NCBI GenBank assembly: GCA_002269645.1
Contig: NIVC01000162.1
Span: 487,545 to 551,544 of the forward strand
Reading direction: 5' to 3'
Origin: Macrostomum lignano
Taxonomy: Eukaryota
Length of the DNA stretch: 64,000 bases
The stretch's first letter is position 1. Every line of letters begins with the position of its first letter. A program made the position numbers and the translations under genes. Under the pieces are notes generated by a model that saw only the letters and a program-made list of their open reading frames with translations, made no database searches and was not told the DNA's origin. Below are positions 14,605 through 27,725 of this stretch, piece by piece.

Positions 14605-17412
14605 TCAAGCGACGCCTGGCAGCATGGAGGCCAGCAGGGCGCAGAGGCACAGCGCACAGGCCAGGCTCAGCAGCAGCCGCAGGCAGCGAGCGGAGCCGCG
14701 AGCTGGGCGGGCAGCAGTCGGGCGGCCCCAGCCGCGCAGGCGAAACCAGGTGACGCACTCGGTCAAATCGTTGCTAACGGTGGGCTGGTAGCCCAGCGCA
14801 TCGGCGGCGGCGGCCACGCTAAAATAATGCGTCACGCCGGTTTTGCACACCTCGGCTCTGGTTAGCCAGGGCTCGAACTCCAGGCCAAGCCGGTTAGCAA
14901 CGGAGTGGGCCAGCTCGGCTAGCCAGGCCAGGCCATAGACAGCGTGATACGGCGCCGCCAGGCAGGGCGTCGGGTAGCCGAGGCCGCCGGCCAGCTTGGC
15001 GAAGAAGTCGAAATTCGGCGTCGGCGCACCGTCGGAGAGGAAGAAGGCGCGGCCGGCGACGCGGCGGTCACCAAGCAGCAGGCGGTCGGCGGCCTTCACG
15101 TGACCCTTCCAGGGCGGCGGGCAGTGGCGGTTTTTGTTAGCGCGATGCTTGCTAAGCCTAATTCATATTTATATACAATTTTAACCGGCTCTTTCTTAGA
15201 AATTTGCTTTCTTAGAAAATCTCGAAACTCCCCATTTTTTGACGTAGAAAGTAAAACTAAAACCTGACAGCTCTGGCTTCATAGAAAGGCCTTAAATTTT
15301 TCTAAGAAACAACGTTATTCGTTAGTAGAATTTTTTCTAGGCCCCAATTTCTTAGAAACTTTGAACGTCTTCCGAAATCTCTTTTTTTTAATAAAAATTA
15401 TGCATCCGTTTTTGTAGAAAATGTTGTTTTTATTATTCTACTTTCTTAGAAACAATCATAAATCAGAGATATGTGAATATTCCTAGAAAGTTGCCGACTC
15501 ACCTGCACCAAATTGTCGATGTGCAGAAAGTCAACGTCGGCCTGTCGCAGGCCCCAGCGCACGCGGAATGCGCCGACGGCCATGAAGCCGACGGCGCGCG
15601 GCAGGTGACGCTGCTCGCCGGGGCCATAGACTCCGGCTAGGCGGAGAGCGCAGGTGAGCAAGCCCGAGTTTGAGTTGGCGGACAGCACCAGCTGCTCAGC
15701 CTCGCTTTTGGTTCGGCTGTACGCGTCCACGTGCTGAGCGGGGGCGATAGGGAATTATCAATAGGCGATTTTACTAATGGGAGATTTTTCTAATAGGCGA
15801 TTTTTCTAAACGGCGATTTTTAAAAATGCAATTTTTCAAGGCGATTTTTCTGACAGGTGATTTTTCTAAAAGGCGATTTTTCTGATAGGCGACTTTTCTA
15901 ATAGGCGATTTTACTAATGGGAGATTTTTCTAAAAGGCGATTTTTCAAGGCGATTTTTCTACAAGGCGATTTTCTAATAGGTGATTTTTCTAAAAGGCGA
16001 TTTTTCTGATAGGCGATTTTTCTAAAAGGCAATTCTTTCAGCTCGTACATCCAATTTTTATTTTAGGCGATTTCATAGCCAGCGGTGTTTTTATTAGCCG
16101 CTTTTAATTATAGGCAAAGACAAAGGTTATAGGTTCAGCGGTGACGCGGCTGGCTCTCGTCGCAGGTCATTGTAAGAAATTCAGGACCCCGTGTACACCC
16201 CGTGTGAGTGTGTGCGAACTGGCCGTGACTGCTCGCCTCCTCCTTGCTGACTGTCGGTAGGCTGTCCGTGCCTCATGGCCTCTCCGTCCATCGAATTCGA
16301 CTTCGGCAGCCGCTAACTTAACGATTTCAAAGACTTTTCAATCATAAGCCTGCGAGCTCACCCGATCCATCGGCAGATACGGCAGGGTCTCGTCGCCGTT
16401 GCGAATCTCCTGCCCGCCGAACACCACATTGTAGGTGCTCGTGTACACCAGGGCCTTCACGCCGTGCTTCTGGCAGGCTGCCATTTAAATAAAGACTGGC
16501 CATTTGCACTGATCTCTCTGCACCCTCTATGACCTCCTGATCTCTCTGCACCCTCTATGACCTCCTGATCTCTCTGCACCCTCTATGACCTCCTGATCTC
16601 TCTGCACCCTCTATGATCTCCTGATCTCTCTGCACCCTCTATGACCTCCTGATCTCTCTGCACCCTCTATGACCTCCTGATCTCTCTGCACCCTCTATGA
16701 CCTCCTGATCTCTCTGCACCCTCTATGATCTCCTGATCTCTCTGCACCCTCTATGATCTCCTGATCTCTCTGCACCCTCTATGATCTCCTGATCTCTCTG
16801 CACCCTTTATGACCTCCTGATCTCTCTGCACCCTCTATGACCTGTTTGATCTCTCTGCACCCTCTATGACCTGTTTGATCTCTCTGCACCCTCTATGACC
16901 TGTTTGATCTCTCTGCACCCTCTATGACCTGTTTGATCTCTCAGCACCTTGGTCTCTACTCTCTGTACCTCTCGTGCTTTCCACACGTACCCGCAATGAC
17001 ATTCCGAGTGCCAACCACATTTACAGCGTAGATCTTGTCCTTCTTCAGCTGCAAGGTACAACGATATTTAACAGATATTGAATGATAACAAAACAGCAAC
17101 AAAAACTTTGACACAAGCATCTCCCACCATCTCGCCGCCCGACATGCCAAAAGAAGCGACATGGAAAACGCAATCATATCCAGCAGAAACAGCCTGGTCC
17201 ACGTCCTCGAGTTTGGCGACGTCAACCTGCACGCGCTTGAACTTGCTATCGTCTGAGCTGAACTGCAAGTCAGCAAGGCTGACAGAATCTCCGCGAGCCG
17301 CCAGAACCTGGGCGAGACTTCGGCCAACATAGCCGCCTCCGCCAGTGATAAGGAATCGGTGGCTGGACAGACGGTTGCTAAGAGCGCTGCTGCTTCGCAA
17401 TTCGACAGGCAT
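14605..17412 (-). CDS. SDR42E1: SDR42E1-like extended short-chain dehydrogenase (3-beta-HSD family), 396 aa
   Basis: Exons 17412-17128, 17048-16991, 16477-16362, 15733-15503, 15105-14605 are phase-consistent. Motifs: TGGGGYVG, VFHVASFGMSG, LVYTSTYNVVFGGQEIRNGDETLPYLP, catalytic YSRTK, TCALRLAGVYGPGEQRHLPR, C-terminal hydrophobic tail. A 5'UTR donor (AAG|gtaagt) lies at 17842/17841. Confidence 0.92.
15765..16030. repeat. Degenerate aggcgatttttc minisatellite
   Basis: Directly visible tandem units. Confidence 0.85.
16510..16942. repeat. 28-bp minisatellite gatctctctgcaccctctatgacctcct
   Basis: Directly visible tandem units. Confidence 0.95.
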
Positions 17413-17502
17413 TGTCGAATATTGATTACTTTATAATAACTTCTGTACCTTTCGGATTGAAATTTTTCAGCTGAAAATTTGCATTAAGACCATATTATAA
17501 GC

Positions 17503-17829
17503 GTACTAAAGTACAAGCGTACTAAAGTACTAGCGTACTAAAGTACGAGCGTACTAAAGTACTAGCGTACTAAAGTACTAGCGTACTAAAGTACTAGCGC
17601 ACTAAAGTACTAACGTACTAAAGTACTAACGTATTAAAGTACTAACGTACTAAAGTACTAACGTACTAAAGTACTAACGTACTAAAGTACTAACGTACTA
17701 AAGTACTAACGTACTAAAGTACTAACGTACTAAAGTACTAACGTACTAAAGTACTAACGTACTAAAGTACTAATATACTAAAACTAACGTACTAACGTAA
17801 TAAAGTACTAACGTACTAAAGTACTAACA
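17503..17829. repeat. 16-bp minisatellite tactaaagtactaacg in the SDR42E1 5'UTR intron
   Basis: Directly visible tandem units. Confidence 0.93.
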
Positions 17830-18471
17830 GGCGAGACTTACCTTAGTACTTTACAGGATTTTTTACAGTATTCTGTAAATATAAACTTGGACTAAACTAC
17901 ACAAATTTAATGAAGACAAGACACAGAAGGCAAAGCGCTTTTAACTCCAATGGATCGACAAACTGCGGAAAACAGAAAATGCCGTCAGTTCATGCTTAAC
18001 AACTAGAGTTGGCCAGCATAGGAAGAAGCAGATTGACTGTTTAAGTTGTATTTTATTTGTTGTTTCGATTTTTGCTTTTCACAATAACTCACAAAGCAAC
18101 CTGTGGCATACAAGGATGAACAAGCATGTAAACCTTTTTATATATAGGAACTCAAAATCAGAGCTAAAATATCTGCACTAGATATTAGAATCCTGTATCA
18201 GATTCTAGAATCCTGTACCAGACAATACAATCCTGTGCAAGACCCTACAATCCTGTACCAGACCTTAGAACCCAGTGCCAGACCCTAGAATGAGACACCA
18301 AATACAAGCATGCTAGTTATACTACATAATTCTTTAACCAAAGACCCACACGCAGTTCCCAACAAGACTCCCTAATAATTCCTCTTCCGTTAGAACAACG
18401 CAGGTAATGCCACGAATATTTCCATTCGAATCAGTTGAGACAGAGAGAGTCAGTCTCAAAGTCACTGGTCT

Positions 18472-21354
18472 TTATTTGCCTTCCCCATCAGCTGACGCCT
18501 CCAGACCCTTCTTCCTGTAGCGCTTGTGAGGATATTTACGCCGCCAGGCAGTCCGCGACCTCGGCTCCAGCATGCTGCGCCGCTGGTAGCTCTTCACGGC
18601 GTCCACAAACAGGTCGCCCTCGGGCCGCAGCTGCCGCAGGCTGGGCGCCAGTTCGTCGGCCAGCTTAAACTCGGCTTCGGGCTCCTCGAACCTGTGCCGG
18701 CCCAGCCGTTTGGTGCCAGAGGCTCGTTCGCGGCGCTTAGCAAGCCGCGCCTGACGCTGACGGTCGCCGGCGGCCAGAGAGCGGCCAACTTGGCGGCTCA
18801 GCTCGGTCAGGCGGTCCAAATCGACTGATTGGCGCTTGCGGCGCTTCAACTCGGCGGCCTGGGCGCGCTGGCGGCGCACCTCAGCGTTCTGCTTGCGGCT
18901 GGTGCGGCCGGCCGGCTGGAATAAAACAAAATTGTTAAAAGAGCAAATTTAGTAACATTGGACTAGCCAATGCGCCCCCCCCCCTCGGGTGCAAAACTCC
19001 TAATGCTGAACTTTAGACTAATAGCAAGACCAACCTAATTAGAATTAGGGACGTAACACCTAAATTTCTTAGAATTGTTTTGAAGGCCGAGGAAATACCA
19101 TAATAGTATTATTAGTATTATTTTGTCTTTGGAACTAGTCGTGCGCTTCACACCCACTAGTGAGGGCCAATCTTCAAAACACAGAGAGCGAGTGTGACAT
19201 GCCTGAATTTGTCAGGGCCGCTGTACACTCGGGAGTGAGCTTGTATGTTTGCGTGTGCTCAGGAGTCAGTGGAATGGGCAGTATCGCTGCATTACTGGCT
19301 AAAGAATGATGTCTATTATGCTTGTAGGGTGTCCAAGATGTCTAAGGTGTCTAGTTCTAGAACTCTACAATATCCCATGAGGTGGCCGAGCGATTCGATG
19401 GCCGCTTTCTTAGACAGATGGTGTGCAAGTTTAAAAGCTTTAAAGCGAGATTCGCATCGCATTCTTTACTCGCTACTCGTTAGTAGATTAACTTGCACAA
19501 AGTCCTTCAGAAACCTACTGGTTTTGAAAGTTTGCCTTTATTAATAAGTTACCTGGTCCGACTTTGCGACGGGCGGCGGTTCGCTAGGCGTCGAATCGTC
19601 CACTTCTTTGTCAACAATGTCATCGCCCTCGCCCTCGCCCTCGCTATCGCTCTCAAACAGTCCGGCCGCCATCTCCTTGTCATTGGCAGCAGCGAGCGCC
19701 GCCGCGGCGCCAGCTGTACCAGGGAAATGGCGCTCCATCTGGCCGTGAAGCCGCTTGGCCCGGGACTCCTTGACCAACTCGGACTGGGTGGCCGCGGCCA
19801 GCATGGCCTCATGATCGGCCAGGGAAGGATTGTATGAAGCGCCAGGCTGAGGCACCGGACAGGCTGGCGCCGAGCTAGTTCCGGTTCGAAACCGGCGCTT
19901 AACAGGCGCTTGACGAGTGCAGCGCATTTGATGCAGCACCAGATCTTTGATATCGGTGTCAGCTGATGACTCGGGCTTGGGGTCCGAGCCCCACAGGTCC
20001 ATGGTCTGTGGACCGGCTGCCTTGTCCTGATCGGCAGCGGCCGCATGTTTGACCAGGCGATCCAACGGCCGAGAATTGAATTTCTTTTGACGCTTCGACT
20101 CGGCGGCTGGAGCGGAGGCGGCGCCCGATGGCAGCGACTCGTGGCAGCGAAGGCCGGACAGAATCCGCGAGGTGGCCGAGGAGCCGCTGCCCTCAACCTT
20201 GGCTTGCTGCTGTTGCTGCCGGCTCTGGCGCCGCCGCTGGCCCGGCTCGCCGACGTCAATGAAGAATCCACCACTGCGGCGTCTGGAGGCGAAAAATGAA
20301 GCATTGGAGCCTTGCTGCTTTGGTTTTTAATTATTGTTTCACAGATTATAAGCTGGCGCCACATCCAATTTCCTAGATTTCAGCTGGCGCCACATCCAAT
20401 TTCCTAGATTTCAGCTGGCGCCACATCCAATTTCCTAGATTTCAGCTGGCGCCACATCCAATTTCCTAGATTTCGGCTGGCGCCACAGCCAATTCCATAG
20501 ATTTCGGTAGGGCCACAGCCAATTCCATAGATTTCGGTAGGGCCACAGCCAATTCCATAGATTTCGGTAGGGCCACAGCCAATTCCATAGATTTCGGTAG
20601 GGCCACAGCCAATTCCATAGATTTCGGTAGGGCCACAGCCAATTCCATAGATTTCGGTAGGGCCACAGCCAATTCCATAGATTTCGGTAGGGCCACAGCC
20701 AATTCCATAGATTTCGGTAGGGCCACAGCCAATTCCATAGATTTCGGTAGGGCCACAGCCAATTCCATAGATTTCGGTAGGGCCACAGCCAATTCCATAG
20801 ATTTCGGTAGGGCCACAGCCAATTCCATAGATTTCGGTAGGGCCACAGCCAATTCCATAGATTTCGGTAGGGCCACAGCCAATTCCATAGATTTCGGTTG
20901 GCGCCGCAGCCAACTGCCTAGATTTCAGTTGGCGCCGCAGCCAACTGCCTAGATTTCAGTTGGCGCCACATCTATATCCTAGATTTCCGTTGGCGCCACA
21001 TCTATATCCTAAACTTCAGTTGGCGCCACATCTATATCCTAAACTTCAGTTGGCGCCACATCTATATCCTAAACTTCAGTTGGCGCCACATCTATATCCT
21101 AAACTTCAGTTGGCGCCACATCTATATCCTAGATTTCGGTTGGCGCCAAAAACCTCTCCCAACAGATTCCCCGTGAGCTCCATCAACTGAGTTGGAAAAC
21201 ATCAATCAAGAGGTCGCCCCAGAACGCACCTGATTAGCTCTGCCGTGGTCTGTTCTGGCAGCAAATTATCAACATCTCGAGACAATTTGCGCCAGGTCTT
21301 CTTTTTATTTCTTGATAATCTCAGCCGCTTGGCTGCTGGCTTAGCCGGGTCGGC
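18472..21354 (-). CDS. NOP53: NOP53/GLTSCR2-like ribosome biogenesis protein; start codon not located in the genomic sequence
   Basis: Exons 21354-21230, 20282-19553, 18915-18472 are phase-consistent. Motifs: RNKKKTWRK, FFIDVG, MDLW, and C-terminal RLGRHRF...LADELAPSLRQLRPEGDLFVDAVKSYQRRSMLEPR. Confidence 0.88.
20352..21148. repeat. 30-bp minisatellite in a NOP53 intron
   Basis: ggccacagccaattccatagatttcggtag and variants. Confidence 0.95.
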
Positions 21355-22917
21355 CTGAAATAAAAATTTCTGGAGTTTATTTTTGTTGTCGTGTAATGCT
21401 CTGCCTATAAAATGCAATCTGGCAATCCTCATTCTGTATGTGACAGGCCTAGGGGGTTTTGTGTCACAGGGCATGTCGTGACACATCACATTCAATTTTG
21501 GCTACCTGGATTTGGACCCTGGATGCCAAATTAGCACCAGATGGTGATTAGTAATTTTTGGAATTTTTTGGAATTTTCTGGAAAAATAGTTTTTTTTTCA
21601 TCACATAGCTAATGATTGCATTTGATTGGGGAAAGTAAAGATAATAATTCTTTTAATTTAGCATGCACTACATGCTACACTGCAGTGCATTTCTGCTAGG
21701 TAATTTTCACTGCGCAAGATCAAATGCAATCATTGATTTTGTGATGAAAAAAGATAGGGATGTGATAGGGGTGTTTTTTCCTATCTCCGCCGTGAATTTT
21801 TTGCAGGAAATCGGCCTCCAAAAAAACTACACGGTCTTTGAGTTTTTCGTCCTGTTATACTACTTGTAAGACTTATATGTGGGCTCAGCAGTGTAACTGG
21901 TGGGGTAGGGATGTTAGTACTTTATTTGATTTCCAATTTTTTGACTGATGCCTAGGACCGCAAAAAGTAGATTAACTACAGATAGATATGTCACTCCTAG
22001 AAAATGCGCTTATCTACTTATTTAGTAGTAATGTTAGTGTTTTTAAAAAATAGAAAAACTATGAGATTATAACTTGTAGTACCTGTGGTTTTACGCTTAA
22101 AAATCCTATTGTCAGACAGATAAATAAACAAAAGAATTTAAAGTTTAGATTTTCCAGTTTAATTAAAACCAAATAAACACGCGAATATGGTTTAGCATTA
22201 AATTATAAAAAAACGTTCAAAGAGTGTTATCCAACGGTAGAAAAAACCTTCGGAACACCAACATAGCTTAACATAGATAATGTGTATTAAAATCCGGTAA
22301 TGAAGTCATGACGGTGAGTAGATAAGCAGCAAAATCTATTGAAATAAAGCCAACGCATCAATGATCCCAATATACATAAACACTTGGCATTACGAAGGCA
22401 CAGAAACTTCTTTGTGTTTGACGTCGCAAACAAAATAAATAACGGAATGCAGTCCGATAAATAAAATAGAAAATGAGCAGCTTCATAACGCATAATAAGT
22501 TATAACGAGGCACAAAATTAGCAAGGATAAGACAAAGTACAGCTGTGTGGTTAGAACTTGTGACCAGTTGAAACTTTTATTGCTAAACAGTTTGAACTGG
22601 ATTTGAACTTGCTAAACTCTTGGTCAGTTTTAAATAAATTTCTCTTAAGAAATAAAGATAACAGTCTGATGGACCCGGTGAAAACGGTACCTTGGACCAA
22701 GAAGCGTCCCAAGAAGTGTCATTTGCTTCGCCCCAGAGTTGTTTCAGGTAACACAGGTAAAGTAGGAAAGGAAGTGTAAAAAGCGAAAGAAAAGAATATT
22801 GATTTTTTATTAGTGGATAGCTGAACCCCCTGTCCAGGTCTGTTTGAGTAGTCCATGACAGGCGTCTTGTATGCATCAGCATGGTTCAGAAAAGTACTTT
22901 CACCTGGATTCCAGGTC

Positions 22918-23340
22918 TCATTCAATTTCCAGCAGAAGATCGGCCTTCCCGTAGTTCTGCTCCACTTTGCTGCACTCGCCGAAGCCGGCAGACTCGCTGT
23001 CGCACTGGACAGACACAGAGCGCGTGCTGTGCTCCTCATAGCCGAATAGGCAGCTATCGATCAGGCTTGAGCAGCAGTACAATGCCACTACTAGGAGCAG
23101 CAATAGCAGCAACAGCAGCAACAGCATCGCTAAATTTGACAGGCCATGTGACCAGCCGAATTGCATCAGGTAGTGCAGCGGCACGAATCGCCATTCAACA
23201 ATATACACTTCGTCTCGTTGAATCGCTACGTTGCTGTGGAGGCCGGCGGATCTGGATTCCAGAATTAACTGGCGCAACTGGTGGTCCCGCGTAGCGGTGA
23301 AGTTGCGCAGTATAGCCTGCAGAACGCTGCGCGAATCCTG
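22918..23340 (-). CDS. Possible coding exon of unknown function, perhaps a distal 3' exon of the RhoGAP
   Basis: GC-rich island in AT-rich DNA, with acceptor ctgcag|GATTCG (phase 0) and an open frame to 22918. No recognisable motif. Confidence 0.25.
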   Translation of the reverse strand, partial: QDSRSVLQAILRNFTATRDHQLRQLILESRSAGLHSNVAIQRDEVYIVEWRFVPLHYLMQFGWSHGLSNLAMLLLLLLLLLLLVVALYCCSSLIDSCLFGYEEHSTRSVSVQCDSESAGFGECSKVEQNYGKADLLLEIE

Positions 23341-26300
23341 CAGATGTGCGGGGCTATATGCTAGTAACATACTGTAAACATTAATTTATATTCAGATTTT
23401 TATAGATTTCTATAAAACTGAACTTGATGGTTTAGCATACATTTGAATTTTCTTCGAAACAAGTTCACACAAGTTTTAAAACTATATAAACTGCACTATT
23501 GTGTCATAAATTGACGGGTTAACTTAATGATAGTGTTGTTCTGCTGGTATTACTACTATAAGTATGGTATAACGTAAATACTAACTATATTAATATTATT
23601 CTCGTTTTTTACACATACTATCACTTTCAGTAGAGTGGTTAATAAATTATCTGTATAATGTATTATTGATCATGTGACATCTCTGGCTCTAAAATATTAA
23701 TTGTGTAGTTTTTCTAGTGGATGCTTTATAATATAAATAAAGCAACTGAGCGCATCTTGCACTTTAACTTTACAATTACAACTGGAAAGCTCCTATATTT
23801 GGCTATACAACACTTACATCAATAGCTTGACAGAATATAACTTGAAACACTTGAGATGTATCTTTTTCTCAAATGGATAATTGTGAAACTTATATAATGG
23901 ACTGAATAGTTTACTAGCAAAATTTTCAACAGATAAATAAATATTAGACTCTAAATTGGAAATCTCATACTTCTTTGAAAAGAGATCATAATCATATGTG
24001 CACAGACTTCAGAATTTTACCCCAGCCAGTATAACATAGTTTTCCATGAAAATGCAATATACCTACCTACATCTAGAAAGCTTTTATGCAACAGCTTTGC
24101 TCTGCTGAATTTAATTTCTTACTTTTAGCTGTGCTTTTCTCTCTTTTTCTTTTTCTTTTTCATGTTTTTTTCTTGCTTCATTTTATTTTTCATTCTTTTG
24201 CATGCATACTAGGTCAGCTAGGTGTTGCAAATGTATGAAAGTGATTATAAGATATTGGTTTTTTTCATTTTATTTTAGAAAAAGTGAATTCTATTTTAAG
24301 CAAAGCTGTTGATCTTGGCAGTTTAGGTGGCATTCTTAAATAGGTGGTAAAAAATTGGCTTTATTCTGATTCTGCAACATATTAGACAAAGATTCTAAGG
24401 AACTGCTTGCTGAATAGTTGCCATGTCATCATCTAGAATTGCAATTATAGGCTTCAACATCTGATGCAATATAGGCCATGATGATTTGCCAATAATGACA
24501 TTCTGTATTAAAATCACAAAAATCATAGTGGATCACTAAAAGGAAAAAAACCAATACAATTGATTAGATTAACTAATCTTAACTAATTTTGCATATGAAT
24601 GCAGGCACTTGGACACAAGGGTATAAAATTAAGCTATTTTGCTACTTCTATTTTTTTATAAATTGATTATATATATATAGTATTGTTATTCTTTCTCTAG
24701 TGTTAGGTGTTAGAATCTCCAGTGTCTATCTCTTAAACAACCATGCTGCTCAAATGACCACTCCACTACGATTATAACTACCCTCCCCCAGAATTTGAGG
24801 ACCCTGGCAGTCAGAGTAAAACAGGAAAAAGAGTTTTGTTGTGATTTGTCTCTGTGACTCTCTGGATTTATTCGTGTGAATGCAACACTGACAGGAATTC
24901 AAATGTGGAATCCGTCCTACCTCATTAGTGACAACAACTGACTTCAATCATCCAAAAAACCTTTACCCCCACCCCCACCTCCGGCTACCTCAAAAGTATA
25001 CCAATTATAGCTATATACATATATAGCACTAAGCAATTTTTACTTAGAGTGAACTAAATTAAATAGCAATTTCTTGGAAAAATTTATTGATAAAAGAAAA
25101 ACTGACATTTTTTCACGTACAATCTTTGATTTTGTTTAGTTTCATTTTAGGATTCCTATTAAAAATGAATAGAAAGGATTGCCATATAATAATTATATTT
25201 TATTTCATAATTAGGCCTATCTTATCTCAATAGTAAAATTATATTTATATATAGAATATAGGGAGATCATAGTTAGAAAGTAAAAAAATAATAATTTGTT
25301 TTCAAACTAAACTAATAACAGCTAGTCAGTTAATCAAACCAAGTCAAAACCAACTATAAGTATAAAGGCTATATTTTTTAAGATAGAAAACAAATTTAAA
25401 TTTAATATACCATTGTATCATATTTGTTTGTTATGTTTTTGTGCAGATACATACCTTTTCTTACTTTTATCTTATAACCTTATCTCATTATAAAATTTAC
25501 TAAGAGATCATAAGATTAAATTGAAGGGCACACATACATGGGAGTGCTTATCCCCACAGTCCCATGTCAATAATTTCAATTTTATCTACACAGATCTATG
25601 TCAATAATTTTCAGCTTATCCCCGAAGCTAAGAAGATTATGCAGTTGCTTGTATTTATTTTTGTGTACTGATGTTAAATTGATATTGTAATTATTATTAG
25701 TATTATTACTTATTATTATTACATTTTGAATTTGAATTTTGTAAGTCTCATTTGTCTCAATCTTTTAGGGTCTATTTGGTTGTTCTAAGCAAAGCTGGCA
25801 GCAAAGCGAATATTTAAAATTAACCTTTTTAATGACAAAAAAGTTTTAACAAAGTACTTGATACTATTCATTATTCAGTAGTTTACTTGGAAGATTTGTA
25901 AAACAGTGAAAATAAATAGATGGTTTTGAACAGATTGATTTTAAGGTTCTTTATTCCAATAAACTACAATAGAAATAAGCTAGAAATTATTGACGAATCA
26001 GTGTCAATAAAATTGGAATTATCAGCATGGGACAATGAGGATAAGCACTTTCCACATATATATCTATATAAAAATTTATTGAAAAATAAACATGAGCATA
26101 AGCTTATATAAGCCTATTCACTTTATATATTGATATTGCTTTTAACTTACACTATAGAATCACTAGGCCTAGACACTAACAAAAATTTGTTAATTTACGA
26201 ACTATATTTAATTTAATTTACTTTTATGCTACGATCCCCATAATTTTTTATATAAGTAATTGTAAAATGAAATAGATTAAGGCTCATATCTCTATCAGTC

Positions 26301-27688
26301 TATCGCTTGTCTTCTTAGGCCCTAATCATTTTAATACAATCTCCCTATTTAAATATTTGTATAATGGAAGTGAATTTATATAGGCTTTATTTTTAAAGAT
26401 ATAAGTCAAAACTGATATATGCCTTTATCAATGAACTAACTTTATTTTAAGGAATGTTAGTCACTCTTATTGGGGATTGTATAACAAAAACTCCAACTCT
26501 CATTTACATTTAGACAATGGTAGGGGGATTTTAGGATGAAAGAATGCCAAAATATCTAGAATTTTTATTCCATAGATTAACTTAGTTAATTTATTATTGG
26601 TGCAAAAAGTTGATTTTTTAGCTTGCAGGGGCAAAGAAACTTTTGCTAAAAGTCTGTGTTTTGATTTTAGTGCACAGGTGAGGCACTGCACTATAGGCCC
26701 ATGGTACTAGGTAGAAAAGTTATAAACAATCTTTATTTATGCAAGTCGGAACAATCAATGACTTTCATTCAATTTTATACGTATGATGTACACGTATCTG
26801 ATAGGGCCTATTCACCATTCGGTTTTAAAATTCAATAATATTCTATTCAACTTATTTATTGCTCTAAACCTAATTTTATAGGTTTTCTTTCAGATTAGTC
26901 CCGGTATATATACTAGGTCAAAGATAATTAATTACTGTTTTTAAGAGGAGGCTTTATTCGTCAAAAATCCTATATACTAAAAACTTAAAAACCTTTTTCT
27001 AAAAATTTGGCTTTTATTCTGAGAAAGTTAGTGGACGCCAAAAAGTTAAATTAAAAAACAAATGCTAAACATATGCCTACTTCAAACAAATGTGTCCAAA
27101 CAAACAATTTTAAAACTGCAATTACTACAAAACGCAATGGATTTCTTTACCTTATATTCAATTTTCATTGTTAAGGCACCCAAATTAGTAGCATTAAACT
27201 ACTCTTTACAATATTCATCACAGCATAGAGCATATACAGCGTACTTGTTCATGTGTAAAGATTCAACAAGCCGCGTTAACGATCAACAAGTCCTGTAACA
27301 ATTAATGAGCGCATTAAGAATTCAAAAGTATTTTAACAATGTGGGATAATATGAGATTTCAGTAAAATAGCTGAGACATGTGGAACTTACATGAAAGTGC
27401 AGATCGAGTTTTAATTGGGATGAGATGGGTGGCTATTTTTTGGTGAGAGTGGGATGAGATTGAGGTTGAATAAGTTGGATGTAAGATGAGTTTAAACTAA
27501 GTTATATTAAATAAGCAATAAATATTTGCAAGAAGGTTATCGTGAGAACCCTGGTGCAACGCTTTTTTTGGCGATGAACATGATGGCCCCCACGCAACGA
27601 AACCACCGTGGTGAGGCTTTTAGCTTCCTGCTGACTCTTGAGCCCATAAGGCGCGCGGATAGGCACGCACTCGTCAGCTCGTCGCCTC

Positions 27689-27725
<37 letters not shown>

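Noticed and set aside
17503-17830. Plus-strand TACTAAC branch-point array ending in TACTAACAG
   Set aside because: It is antisense to the host gene and I found no plus-strand exon downstream; it is treated as a chance property of the repeat unit.
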